Assembly (NCBI GenBank): GCA_026390435.1
Contig: JAPLFY010000117.1
Location: forward strand, 27,181-91,180
Length of the DNA stretch: 64,000 nucleotides
Direction of reading: 5' to 3'
Source: Pseudomonadota bacterium
Lineage (GTDB): Bacteria; Bdellovibrionota_B; Oligoflexia; Oligoflexales; CAIYRB01
How positions within the stretch are numbered: position 1 is the stretch's first letter; each line of letters starts with the position of its first letter. Below, piece by piece: positions 19,388 to 29,215 of this stretch. Made by a program: the position numbers and the translations under genes. The notes under the pieces are model-generated. The model was not told where the DNA came from, did no database searches, and was given only the letters and a program-made list of their open reading frames with translations.

Positions 19388-20160
19388 CTGAACGGGGTGA
19401 TTCGGGCCGCTTCGCCAAGCCGAAAATCATCTCCAGTTCGCAAAACGAGACCTTTAGGAGCTTGCAGAAGCTCCTCAGCTCTCGTGGCATTCAGGAGCAG
19501 GGCCTAGCGTTAATCGCTGGGGACAAGATAGTCCCAGAAGTTGCGGCGCATCACCCTGACCTAATGACGACCTGGATCACGCCCGAAGGCGGCAGTCCAC
19601 CTCCTGCCGACATCCCTTGGCTCGTCCTAAGCAAGGGGCTTTTCGATGAAATCAATCAATTTGGCACACGATCACCGCTAATTACTGTCAAGCTGCCGAC
19701 CTTTTCCGTATGGACTGATGCGGCCTCTTGGCCGAGCGGCTGCACCCTCTTCATCGCCCTACAAAATCCAGAAAATGTAGGAGGGATCGTCCGATCGGCG
19801 GCAGCATTCGGAGTCAGCCGCATCGTGCTCCTCAAGGAGGCGGCTCACCCCTTCCACCCAAAGGCCATGCGGGCAGCAGGAACGGCGTTACTGTCTGCTA
19901 CGTTTCAACGCGGACCCTCGATCAAAGATCTTCACGTAACGGGAGCGCCGCTCTATGCCCTCGATGCGGGCGGCTCCACGTTGCAAGAGACGAGATTTCC
20001 GCCTAGCTTCGCTCTGCTTCCCGGCGTCGAAGGACCTGGTCTTCCGGATCAAATTGCCAAAGAGCAACGGTTCTCCATTCCGATGAAACCTGGCGTCGAG
20101 TCTTTAAACGCTGCAACCGCCACCGCCATTGCGCTGTATGAGTGGCGTCGGCTACGCTGA
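19384..20160 (+). CDS. TrmH/SpoU-family RNA 2'-O-methyltransferase
   Basis: 258 aa. SPOUT motifs LQNPENVGGIVRSAAAFGV, LLPGVEGPGL and ESLNAATATAIALYEW. Confidence 0.8.
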   Translation: MTERGDSGRFAKPKIISSSQNETFRSLQKLLSSRGIQEQGLALIAGDKIVPEVAAHHPDLMTTWITPEGGSPPPADIPWLVLSKGLFDEINQFGTRSPLITVKLPTFSVWTDAASWPSGCTLFIALQNPENVGGIVRSAAAFGVSRIVLLKEAAHPFHPKAMRAAGTALLSATFQRGPSIKDLHVTGAPLYALDAGGSTLQETRFPPSFALLPGVEGPGLPDQIAKEQRFSIPMKPGVESLNAATATAIALYEWRRLR

Positions 20161-20302
20161 ACGAGAGAGAGACTCCAACAAGCCACCTGCTTGAACCTTG
20201 ACATTGAAGATCACAGAGACATAACTAGCCATACGAGAAAACGTCGGCCTAGTTCGCCCTACGGGATGGGGCTATCGCACTTACTGTATTGACGGAACTT
20301 TT

Positions 20303-21004
20303 ATGCATTCGATTAGACGATGGCTCACCCATATGGTCGTGACGACCTTGCTATCAGCCAGTCATATTGCTTCAGCCTCACCGTTAACTATTCTACAAAC
20401 AGATAAATTACCGGTCCTACACGCGGGGGATGTCGTACTCATCGCACTGAACTGCTACATCTGCGGGGTGATCAGCGAGACAACAGAAAGCCCATATAAC
20501 CACTCAGGCCTAATTTTAGACACGGACTTGGGACTAGATTCCCGCGTGGCGCAGTCTCTCCAGTCTACACAAGAGCTAAGCCTCTCAGACTTCTTGCACC
20601 AAGGCGGCAAGACATCGCCTATGAAAATCCTGCGGCCAAGGGAATTAGATAACGGCTACAAGCACGACCGCGAAGCATATGAATCCAGCACCGTCCTGCT
20701 TAATCGCGTTTTCGCTCAAGAGATGCGCGGACGAGCTTTTGATGACAACTACCTTTGGAATAATGTCGATAGTGACGGCCATGAACTGCTGTATTGCTCA
20801 GAGATGATCCAAAAGACTTTAAATCATGTACTTGCGCAGCCGCTGACAACCATTGCACTTGATTACTCGCGCCATTGGGACTTCTGGCTAAACTACTTCG
20901 ATGGTAAGGTGCCCCAAGGTGAGCAAGGCAATTCACCAGCCTCCCTCGCCAACGCCGACCAATTGATGACGATTTTTGAGGGCACCCTCGACACCGCCCC
21001 TTAG
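20303..21004 (+). CDS. Secreted YiiX/YaeF-family permuted papain-like amidase (Peptidase C92-like)
   Basis: 233 aa with a signal peptide. GDVVLIAL...TESPYNHSGLIL (His block) followed by LLYCSEMI (Cys block), in the order typical of the YiiX family. Confidence 0.5.
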   Translation: MHSIRRWLTHMVVTTLLSASHIASASPLTILQTDKLPVLHAGDVVLIALNCYICGVISETTESPYNHSGLILDTDLGLDSRVAQSLQSTQELSLSDFLHQGGKTSPMKILRPRELDNGYKHDREAYESSTVLLNRVFAQEMRGRAFDDNYLWNNVDSDGHELLYCSEMIQKTLNHVLAQPLTTIALDYSRHWDFWLNYFDGKVPQGEQGNSPASLANADQLMTIFEGTLDTAP

Positions 21005-21032
21005 GGAGGTCGCTAACTTGGATTGTCCTGGA

Positions 21033-21890
21033 TTAATTCAGTGACGAAATAAATCCCCATACATCCGGAAGTGTAAATTCTGGCCAGTGATGGTTGCCGT
21101 TCCAGCGGCAAAATCGCACGGGCAAATCCTTAGGACACCCGTCCAAGAGTTGGCAGGTATCTAATTTTATGCCTTCTGCATTCGTCGGCATTTTACAGCC
21201 GTTCGCTTGAGCGTATGCGTTTACGGTACTCGGAGCGTAGGAGTAATAACCAACATTCGGATCCTGAATCCCGTGAATGATCATCGCTGGTATCTTGGTA
21301 CCTCCGCCACCTCCAGCAACCGAAATAACACCGCGGATAGCATCCTTCCGCAGTGACGCAAGACCATTGACAAAAAAAGCGCCATTACTAAAACCATGCA
21401 CAAAGACACGTTTTTTATCGATGCAATACAAGTCACCTACAGTTTTTACTATCTCGTCAAAGAAGATCACATCTGCACTATAGGGCCCAGCATTCCACTG
21501 CCCGCCAAGGGCGTTGCCATAGATGAAGATAGCTTGATCGCCAGCTAGGTCTTCGATGATTGGCCACTTATGATCGACGCGGGGTGAGGTTCCATCCAAA
21601 CCGAGGCCGTGATAGCCGATAACTAAGGCATGTTTACTGTTGTGGTTATAATTTTTATTTACAACACGGATGAACGTACGCGGGGTGTTCCCAACCTTAA
21701 TCGATACATTCATTAATCCAGTGTCTTTATTCTCGAGCTTGCAGCCCGGTGATCCGCCGACAACCGGTTGTGGGGACTGCTGCTGGGTATTTTTTGAATC
21801 CCTTGCTGGGTCAATGCGTTTTGCTATTCGGTCCGTGCTTTGACAAGATGCGCTAAACAGCAACACCCATAACAGGTTCTTATTTATCAT
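21033..21890 (-). CDS. Secreted PHB-depolymerase/LpqC-type esterase (paralog of 1489..2769)
   Basis: 285 aa. Signal peptide, HGLGLDG, HGFSNG and IIHG blocks, C-terminal NGNHHWPEFTLPDVWGFISSLN. Confidence 0.7.
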   Translation of the reverse strand: MINKNLLWVLLFSASCQSTDRIAKRIDPARDSKNTQQQSPQPVVGGSPGCKLENKDTGLMNVSIKVGNTPRTFIRVVNKNYNHNSKHALVIGYHGLGLDGTSPRVDHKWPIIEDLAGDQAIFIYGNALGGQWNAGPYSADVIFFDEIVKTVGDLYCIDKKRVFVHGFSNGAFFVNGLASLRKDAIRGVISVAGGGGGTKIPAMIIHGIQDPNVGYYSYAPSTVNAYAQANGCKMPTNAEGIKLDTCQLLDGCPKDLPVRFCRWNGNHHWPEFTLPDVWGFISSLN

Positions 21891-21958
21891 CTTGAATTCT
21901 CTCTAGCTTGCTTCACTGCAATCATCTACCATCATAGCAAATAAATTCCGGAGAAAGC

Positions 21959-22750
21959 ATGAAATCGACTCTTCGTTGCCTACTCGGTGGCCTAGTCACC
22001 GTTTTAAGCACCGCCGCTACGGCCGAACCAATTGAAGACAACTCTTTTCTTATGGAGGAGGCTTACAATCAAGATGCGGGTATAGTGCAGTTTATACAGA
22101 CCTTTCAGAGAGATAAATCTGGAGAGGCCTTTTACTCATTCACAGCAGAAATACCAGCGCCTAATAAGACTCATCAGATTTCGTTTTCGGTTCCTTATTC
22201 TCGCCTTCAGAGTGAAACGTCCTATGTGCAAGGACTTGGCGATGTAGCGTTGAACTACCGCTATCAATGGATCGCAAACGAGTCAGTCCTACTAGCTCCT
22301 CGGTTCACTGTGCTGGCACCGACCGGCAACTCCAATCAGGGTCTGGGCACCGGCCTGACCGGTTACCAAACCAACTGGGCAATTACCGTCTTGCCTTCGC
22401 CGCATTGGGCAGTGCACATGAACGTAGGCGCTACCTTTTATCCACGCGTGAAAAAAGATCTAGAAAAGCCAACTGACTTATATGGCTACAACTCGGCACT
22501 CAGCGTTATCTGGCGACTCCGCGACAACTTTAATTTGCTGACAGAGTTCGTCCAGACTTCCATGCAAGAAGCCGCCGGCTCGGAGACTACCATGAGCGAT
22601 ACGGTGCTAATTAATCCTGGGTTTCGTTACGCTATCGACTTTGAAAAGTCCCAGCTTGTGTTAGGGGCAAGCGTTCCTACTCCAATTCTGTCGTCTCAGG
22701 GCCCGGCCAGTTACTTCGCCTATGTCTCATACGAACCCACACTCTGGTAA
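21959..22750 (+). CDS. Outer-membrane beta-barrel protein (MetA-pathway/phenol-degradation-like transporter family)
   Basis: 263 aa. Signal peptide ending TAATA|EP. N-terminal EPIEDNSFLMEEAYNQDAGIVQ is typical of this family. Alternating beta-strand pattern and an aromatic C-terminus (...EPTLW). Confidence 0.5.
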   Translation: MKSTLRCLLGGLVTVLSTAATAEPIEDNSFLMEEAYNQDAGIVQFIQTFQRDKSGEAFYSFTAEIPAPNKTHQISFSVPYSRLQSETSYVQGLGDVALNYRYQWIANESVLLAPRFTVLAPTGNSNQGLGTGLTGYQTNWAITVLPSPHWAVHMNVGATFYPRVKKDLEKPTDLYGYNSALSVIWRLRDNFNLLTEFVQTSMQEAAGSETTMSDTVLINPGFRYAIDFEKSQLVLGASVPTPILSSQGPASYFAYVSYEPTLW

Positions 22751-23043
22751 CTAAGCTACTGGGTGACCCAAACTCGATCCTCCTATCTAGCAAAGCGAAC
22801 CAAAGTCACCCAAAACATTGGCGTAACCGCCAATACCCGCCCACAACCCAAAATCCACTATAAAACAATTATTACTGATACTTAGCACAAACCCGCCTCG
22901 GCCACGCGCCCTATCTTGGGCCAGCCCCCCTCAACTTCTGCGACCAAATAGCCGACACCCTCATACGCGGTCGTCTGAACCGCACACACTGAAACATTTA
23001 CGCGGTCAGTTACACCAAAGCGTTAGTAGAGGGAGTTAGCATC

Positions 23044-24801
23044 GTGAAACGCCTTTCCATCATGGGCAGGTTCATCGTCCTCTTTATTCCACTGACACTA
23101 TTAGGCGCCAGTGTCACAGCCGTTGCATTGAGGACGAAGGCAACCCTGACATTAACCATCGAAGAAATCAGGAATGCAATGGCAGTCCAGTCCATGGCAC
23201 TCCAGTCGCAAAAATACGTTTCTGAAATGGGCAGTGCGCTCAAGGGCATTCTAGTTAATCCAAATGACAACAGCGAATTTGAGCGCAAAATAGCCGCCGA
23301 TGATGCCAATGCCAAGATTCTCAAAGAGTTGAAAAAATTGATCAGCGACCGTGAGACCCTCAAATTGCTCGATGTCCTCGAAGATCAAGATGAGAAGAAT
23401 TTAAATCCGGCTGAAAATCGGGTCATGGAGCTCGTGCGAGCAGGGAAAATCACTGATGCTCGTGATTTTTTCATGTCTACATATGCCCCCATCCGGAAAT
23501 CTTACGACGAAGGACTCGACGTCTTTGTCGCCCGCAATCTTGACTTTTCCAAATCCCGGATGGATGCGGCGATCATAGAGATCAAAGAGCCGATTGCAGA
23601 GCTCATTCTTACACTGGCCATAGGAATCGTCCTTTTCGGAGTCGCCATGCTGTTAACAGCGCGCGGCCTTGCCAAGTCCCTGGCGAATATCAATGAAATA
23701 AGCCAAATGCTTGCCAAGCAAGCGATGCACCTTAGCGACTTCTCGGAACAAATTTCATCAGCTAGCGCCCGCCTCTCAACAAGCTCAACAGAGCAAGCCA
23801 GCGCTCTGCATGAGACGGCGTCTTCCGTCGATGAAATCAACGCAATGGTCTCGAAAAACGCGGACAACGCTCTGCGCTCTCGAGAGGTTGCGATGGGCGG
23901 ACAGCGGTCTGCTATGCGCGGCAAGGAAACAGTGACGGACATGGTGGGAGCCATCGCGGATATCAATGAAAGCAATACGCAGATCATGGACCAAATCGAT
24001 CAAAACAATCGCCAGATTGCCGAGATCGTTAAACTTATCTCAGAGATTGGCAACAAAACCAAAGTAATCAATGACATTGTATTTCAGACTAAACTCCTCT
24101 CGTTCAACGCTTCCGTCGAGGCAGCACGCGCTGGTGAACATGGCAAAGGCTTTGCAGTGGTTGCTGAAGAGGTAGGGAATCTTGCCCAGATGAGCGGCAA
24201 TGCCGCTAAAGAAATTTCCCAGATGTTAGATGGGAGCATGAGGAAGGTGGAAGCAATCGCCGTCGACACGAAGACGCGCATTGAAAAATTGCTCATGCTA
24301 ACCCGCGAAAAACTAAACAGTGGCTCTGCAACAGCCCAACGCTGCGGCACAGTGCTTGACGAAATCGTGACTAATGTCAGCGACCTCTCAACTATGGTTA
24401 GCGAAATCGCCACAGCATCCCAGGAGCAAGCGACCGGGGTTCACGAGGTGAATAAGGCGATCGGGCAACTTAATATAGTGACAACTCAAAATGCTGACAC
24501 CTCACAAGACACAGCCGCTCTATCTAGCAAATTAGCAAAACAAGCAATCGACATGCGCCTCATGATCGAGGCTCTAGTCCGCACGGTCGACGGAGGGCGC
24601 GGTGACACAAAAAAACAAAGCCATCCTTCTCAAGACCACGATACACATCCGAAATTCGATAGCAAAATCATCCCAATCACGCGCGAAGCGGTACAAAAAC
24701 CAATTCTCGAAAAATCAAAAATTTCGGGAAATTCTCTAAAAATCGCGAGTGGCAGTTCATATATTCCAAGCGAGGACGATCCGCGCTTCAAAGATATCTG
24801 A
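23044..24801 (+). CDS. Methyl-accepting chemotaxis protein
   Basis: 585 aa. GTG start after GAGGGAG. Two TM segments flank a ~170-aa periplasmic domain. The highly conserved signalling hairpin is [32 protein letters not shown]. Confidence 0.9.
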   Translation: MKRLSIMGRFIVLFIPLTLLGASVTAVALRTKATLTLTIEEIRNAMAVQSMALQSQKYVSEMGSALKGILVNPNDNSEFERKIAADDANAKILKELKKLISDRETLKLLDVLEDQDEKNLNPAENRVMELVRAGKITDARDFFMSTYAPIRKSYDEGLDVFVARNLDFSKSRMDAAIIEIKEPIAELILTLAIGIVLFGVAMLLTARGLAKSLANINEISQMLAKQAMHLSDFSEQISSASARLSTSSTEQASALHETASSVDEINAMVSKNADNALRSREVAMGGQRSAMRGKETVTDMVGAIADINESNTQIMDQIDQNNRQIAEIVKLISEIGNKTKVINDIVFQTKLLSFNASVEAARAGEHGKGFAVVAEEVGNLAQMSGNAAKEISQMLDGSMRKVEAIAVDTKTRIEKLLMLTREKLNSGSATAQRCGTVLDEIVTNVSDLSTMVSEIATASQEQATGVHEVNKAIGQLNIVTTQNADTSQDTAALSSKLAKQAIDMRLMIEALVRTVDGGRGDTKKQSHPSQDHDTHPKFDSKIIPITREAVQKPILEKSKISGNSLKIASGSSYIPSEDDPRFKDI

Positions 24802-24835
24802 TGACCGGGTACATGCAACCACGGGACAAACTTAA

Positions 24836-26740
24836 ATGGATGTATTGGACGAATTAAAATCTCTTTTTCTTGAAGATGTGACAGAACTGCTGGCAGACGC
24901 AGAACAAGCATTTCTATCACTAGAGAAAAATACTGAAAATCCAGACATGATCGACAAGATCTTTCGTCTGGCTCACAATATTAAAGGGAGTGCACAGGCA
25001 GTAGGATTCAGCGAGATCGGAGGATTCTCACATAAACTCGAGTCTTTGCTGCTAAAGATAAAAAAAGGCGACGTTAAGCTTTCGACTCCGACCGTCACGC
25101 TACTGCTAGAGTGTAATGATTACCTGCGTGCCTCTGTCGAGAGTTTAAAAAAAGGAGAAACGATCGCAGTTGATGAACAACTTGCTGCCCGAGTTATAAA
25201 CGCGACCGGAGATCAAGACCACACCGACGGCTCAAGTAATCAAGTCCCTGATGACATAGATCTAGAGGCTCAGCTCGATCAGATCATGTTTAATTCTCCC
25301 GAACTTGTCGCAGCGGTCACATCGTCAATACCTGCCGACCAATTGTTTGTCGATGCAGCAGCTTTCGCTTCAAAACTTGTCTCGGAATTAACCCAAGAAA
25401 ATCTGACGCCTAGTCCATCAACACAATCCACTTCCACTTCCACTTCCACTTCCACTTCGACTTCGACTTCGACTTCGACTTCGACTTCGACTTCGACTAG
25501 CAAGGATCATGCGCCTAAGGTGCGCAGCACAGAATCGCCAGATGAGAGCATTCGCGTATCATTAAGCCGTGTCGAGAAATTAGTAGATAACATCGGTGAG
25601 CTAGTCATTCTTCAGACAGTTTTATCAGAAAACCGGCATCAGTTACCAACGCAGTTTCTCCAAAAAACAATTACCCAATTAGCTAAGATCAGCAAGGAAA
25701 TACAAGATATCGCGATGGGCCTTAGACTGGTCCCACTGAAACAAACATTTCAGAAAATGCAGCGGATCGTTCGCGACACTGCACAAAGTTTAAATAAAGA
25801 CGTACTACTCGAAATCAGCGGCGAGGATTCTGAACTCGACAAAACTGTAGTGGACCGCCTCGGTGATCCACTTGTTCATCTTGTTCGCAATGCTGTAGAT
25901 CACGGTCTTGAAAGTACTGAGGCAAGGCTAGCTGCAGGAAAACCGAGGCAAGGCACGATCAAACTCCGTGCCTATCATCGGTCCGGACGAATAGCGATTG
26001 AGGTACGCGACGATGGACATGGCTTGAATCCAGACCTACTTCACAAAAAGGGCATCGAAAAAGGCTTGATATCAGCGAATCAAAAATACTCTGATCAAGA
26101 ACTGTTCGCGCTAATCTTCCACCCAGGTTTTTCCACAAAATCTGAAGTCACAGACATTTCGGGCAGGGGCGTCGGACTCGACGTTGTAAAAACTAATATA
26201 GAAAAATTGCTGCAAGGCGAAGTTCAACTTGAGACCGTTCGCGGAGAGGGAACTTGTTTTCGGATCACATTGCCTTTGACCCTGGCCATAATAGACGGCA
26301 TGGTAGTACGCGCAGGCCGTGAGCGCTATATTGTACCGCTCACCCATGTTCACGAATCGGTGCGCCCAAGACAAAATGATATAAGCTCCCACACTGGACT
26401 AGGTCTAGTGCTTAATCTGCGCGGCGAGGCCATGCCCATGCATAGATTAGCTCGTCTTCTTGGCGACAATTCTCCGCCACAAACCGAAAATCGGGAAGAA
26501 ACGGCAATAGTAGTTCGTTCCGGGACTCACCCATATGCAATTATTGTGGACGAAATTGTAGGCCGCCAGCAGGTTGTCATCAAAAAGTTGGGCGACGAAC
26601 TAGCAAACGTTAAGGGCATGAGTGGTGGGGCGATACTTGGTGATGGCTGCGCCGCCGTGATACTTGATTTAAACGAACTCATGCACCAGGGCACGGCTAA
26701 AAACAAGCCGGTCGTTGCATCACTTCGGGGAGCTGCATGA
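24836..26740 (+). CDS. cheA: Chemotaxis histidine kinase CheA
   Basis: 634 aa. HPt box FRLAHNIKGSAQAVGF. HATPase blocks HLVRNAVDHG, DDGHGL and GRGVGLD. C-terminal CheW-like domain. The P1-P3 linker contains an (ST)12 run. Confidence 0.9.
   Translation: MDVLDELKSLFLEDVTELLADAEQAFLSLEKNTENPDMIDKIFRLAHNIKGSAQAVGFSEIGGFSHKLESLLLKIKKGDVKLSTPTVTLLLECNDYLRASVESLKKGETIAVDEQLAARVINATGDQDHTDGSSNQVPDDIDLEAQLDQIMFNSPELVAAVTSSIPADQLFVDAAAFASKLVSELTQENLTPSPSTQSTSTSTSTSTSTSTSTSTSTSTSTSKDHAPKVRSTESPDESIRVSLSRVEKLVDNIGELVILQTVLSENRHQLPTQFLQKTITQLAKISKEIQDIAMGLRLVPLKQTFQKMQRIVRDTAQSLNKDVLLEISGEDSELDKTVVDRLGDPLVHLVRNAVDHGLESTEARLAAGKPRQGTIKLRAYHRSGRIAIEVRDDGHGLNPDLLHKKGIEKGLISANQKYSDQELFALIFHPGFSTKSEVTDISGRGVGLDVVKTNIEKLLQGEVQLETVRGEGTCFRITLPLTLAIIDGMVVRAGRERYIVPLTHVHESVRPRQNDISSHTGLGLVLNLRGEAMPMHRLARLLGDNSPPQTENREETAIVVRSGTHPYAIIVDEIVGRQQVVIKKLGDELANVKGMSGGAILGDGCAAVILDLNELMHQGTAKNKPVVASLRGAA
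25427..25498 (+). repeat. Perfect hexanucleotide tandem repeat (TCCACT)x5 + (TCGACT)x7 inside cheA
   Basis: Counted directly. Five TCCACT units (25427-25456) are followed by seven TCGACT units (25457-25498). The repeat is in frame and encodes (Ser-Thr)12. Confidence 0.95.
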
Positions 26741-27240
26741 TGGAATCAGCAGGCACTAAACCAACTACGACCCCTGGAAGCCAGAGATTCTTGGCATTCT
26801 CTCTTGGCGTCGAGGATTTCGCCGTGCCGCTCTTATCAGTTCGTGAAGTTGTAGCACTCCCGGAAATGACACGCGTGCCGAACACATCCAGCTATTTTTC
26901 GGGCATCATGAACCTTCGAGGACAGATTATTTCGGTCTTTGACCTTCGTTTACGTTTCGGCATGAAGGCCGAACATGGATCAGAGACAGCTGTAATTATC
27001 CACAATTTCTCACAACTGTGCTTTGGTGTTGTGGTGAGCTCTGTAAATAACGTTTTAAGCCTTAAAGATACAGACATCAGCGAAAAGCCAGATTTTCACG
27101 ACATGCAAGCAAATGCGTATATTACCGGCGTCAGTCGATACAATGACAAACTTGTACTATTGCTAGATGTGGTGAAAGCCCTCCGCCTTGAAGACGTGGC
27201 CGTTCAAAAGCAAGCAGCGAAAAACAAAAGCGCAGCATAA
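26737..27240 (+). CDS. cheW: Chemotaxis coupling protein CheW
   Basis: 167 aa. FLAFSLGVEDFAVPLLSVREVV and NLRGQIISVFDLR are typical CheW blocks. ATGA overlap with the cheA stop. Confidence 0.85.
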   Translation: MMESAGTKPTTTPGSQRFLAFSLGVEDFAVPLLSVREVVALPEMTRVPNTSSYFSGIMNLRGQIISVFDLRLRFGMKAEHGSETAVIIHNFSQLCFGVVVSSVNNVLSLKDTDISEKPDFHDMQANAYITGVSRYNDKLVLLLDVVKALRLEDVAVQKQAAKNKSAA

Positions 27241-27306
27241 AGATTAAACCTATATTATGCGGTTTTTTCAACCCACCTATCCGCGCACAAAAAGCAGGAC
27301 CCCAAC

Positions 27307-29211
27307 ATGCGACCAGCCTCAAAAGTATTTTCTCCAGTATCCGCTGACAATGATCAGGACCTAGTCCGGATTGTCTCGGACATTGTTGAGAAAATCACGG
27401 GAATCCAACTTGGGACTCGCGAAGCCAACATGGTAAAATCTCGGCTCTCAACTCGCATGTCGGAACTAGGGATCACCACGCCTCATGACTATCTAAGACA
27501 TCTTGACAGCAATCGAGAGAGTGAGTCCAGCGCATTAGTTTCTCTACTCACAACTCATCATACCTATTTTTTTCGTGAATATGCACAGTTTGATTACCTG
27601 ATCGCAAGTGGCTTAAACCAAATTATTCAGGCTGCGAAATTGGACGGCAGAAAACACCTGCGCATTTGGTCGATGGCATGCAGCCGTGGCCAAGAAGTCT
27701 ATTCCCTAGCCATGTTCTTTAGCCAACATTTAAAGGCAATCGATGAAACGATAACCTTCGAGATCCTTGGCACTGATGTCGATCCAGAATCAATTGCGAT
27801 AGCTAAAAACGGTGTTTATAGGTGGGAGGAAGTTAAGGGTATACCATCCATTTATGCAGCAGGTCACTGGGCTCGCGGTGTCGGCGAGATATCCGATTTT
27901 GTAAAGGCAAAACCCTCAATAAAAAGCCCATGTCGATTCGAAGTCATGAATCTCCTTGATCTAAAGGCGATCAATAGCGCCCCACAAAGAACGTTCGATT
28001 TGATTTTCTGCCGGAATGTGTTCATTTATTTCGAACTAGAAAAAATAAAATCTATTACAGAAGCGATTATCAAACGCCTAACACCAGGCGGTATTTTTAA
28101 TATAGGTCTGTCGGAAACCTTAAATAATACTGGTGTCCAACTAAAATACCACGGCCAATCAATTTACAGCCTGCCACCAAAAAACGACAGCTCTCCAAAA
28201 AAATTGGAGCACCATACAATTTTAAAGCAACCCGGTCGGGAACAGAGACTCGCAATACCAGATTCAACTTTAACTTCTCCTCTTCGAGTTATCTGTGTTG
28301 ACGACTCTCCAACGATACTGGGAATTCTAAAATCCATTCTGACGAAGCAGGAAGGATTTGAAATCGTTGGGACAGCAACTAATGGCGTCGAGGCAGCTGA
28401 GTTGGCGAAGAAAATTGAGTTTGATGCAATGACTTTGGACATTCATATGCCAGTACAAAATGGCATCGAATATCTGCGTAATAATGTCAACAGTGCACAT
28501 CCACCCGTCATCATGATTAGCTCAGTGACCAGAGAAGATGCGATTCTCGGCATACAAAGCTTCGCCCTCGGCGCCATTGATTATGTAGAAAAACCGACCG
28601 CGGCAACTATTGCCGAAAGGTCTGATGAGATAAAAACAAAAATCCGGGCAGCACACCGAGCAAAATTAAGTCAAACCGCGGGAAAGGCCACTCGTGGCGC
28701 CTTGGACCTGGCCCGAGCATTCGAGCGTCCGTCTCAGATTATAAAACCAGATAGTTCACTAAGAATTATTGTCGGTGGAGCAGCAAGCCGACAAAAAATC
28801 GCAGCACTCTTGCGACAATTGCATGCACCACAGCCCCCTACGATCGTATTATTCGAGGGTTCACCTGGAATCTTGGAGATGCTAGCCACTCAACTAGAGA
28901 TCCATGGGAATTGCCAGACATCGCCGATTCATGCTGAACCCAACGGAGTAAAGACAGGAGCTATATACGTTGGGGATTTAAGGTCAAACGCATCTTGGGT
29001 GTCCGGCATTTCTATAGAGCGCCGCACGTCAATTCTTGTATTCGGAGATGTCAGCGCCTCAGGTGCGCGACTGCTGGCAGCGTTATCAGGATCCCAATTA
29101 ATTTTAGAGGAACTTGCATACAACACGGAAGCCAACTCACATGTGGCCGCAAAGTATGTGCCGTACACCAGTTTTCTTTTTGATTCTGACGACTTTTTAA
29201 ATAGAGCATAA
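27307..29211 (+). CDS. cheR: CheR methyltransferase fused to a CheB-type receiver and a degenerate CheB-like methylesterase domain
   Basis: 634 aa. The N-terminal ~280 aa are CheR (TTHHTYFFRE, RIWSMACSRGQEVYSLAM, FCRNVFIYF). REC domain (VICVDDS, TLDIHMP, IDYVEKP). The C-terminal segment IIVGGAASRQ...PPTIVLFEGSP aligns to CheB IGASTGG...VQHMP but lacks the Ser and His. Confidence 0.78.
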   Translation: MRPASKVFSPVSADNDQDLVRIVSDIVEKITGIQLGTREANMVKSRLSTRMSELGITTPHDYLRHLDSNRESESSALVSLLTTHHTYFFREYAQFDYLIASGLNQIIQAAKLDGRKHLRIWSMACSRGQEVYSLAMFFSQHLKAIDETITFEILGTDVDPESIAIAKNGVYRWEEVKGIPSIYAAGHWARGVGEISDFVKAKPSIKSPCRFEVMNLLDLKAINSAPQRTFDLIFCRNVFIYFELEKIKSITEAIIKRLTPGGIFNIGLSETLNNTGVQLKYHGQSIYSLPPKNDSSPKKLEHHTILKQPGREQRLAIPDSTLTSPLRVICVDDSPTILGILKSILTKQEGFEIVGTATNGVEAAELAKKIEFDAMTLDIHMPVQNGIEYLRNNVNSAHPPVIMISSVTREDAILGIQSFALGAIDYVEKPTAATIAERSDEIKTKIRAAHRAKLSQTAGKATRGALDLARAFERPSQIIKPDSSLRIIVGGAASRQKIAALLRQLHAPQPPTIVLFEGSPGILEMLATQLEIHGNCQTSPIHAEPNGVKTGAIYVGDLRSNASWVSGISIERRTSILVFGDVSASGARLLAALSGSQLILEELAYNTEANSHVAAKYVPYTSFLFDSDDFLNRA

Positions 29212-29215
29212 CGGT

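Noticed and set aside
19252-19443. 63-aa minus-strand ORF rich in Phe/Leu/Ala
   Set aside because: It is the mirror image of the lysine-rich (AAG/AAA) micro-ORF and of the SpoU gene start. The plus-strand ORF has a consensus RBS and ATGA coupling; this one has neither.
22931-22958. Sigma-28 (FliA)-like promoter TCAA-N16-GCCGACAC upstream of the MCP gene
   Set aside because: It deviates from TAAA-N15-GCCGATAA in both boxes and in spacing, so it is too weak to report as a feature.
25279-25503. 74-aa minus-strand ORF with (EV)n repeat
   Set aside because: It is the reverse-complement reading of the (TCCACT/TCGACT)n Ser-Thr repeat inside cheA. It has no RBS and lies fully inside a well-supported gene.
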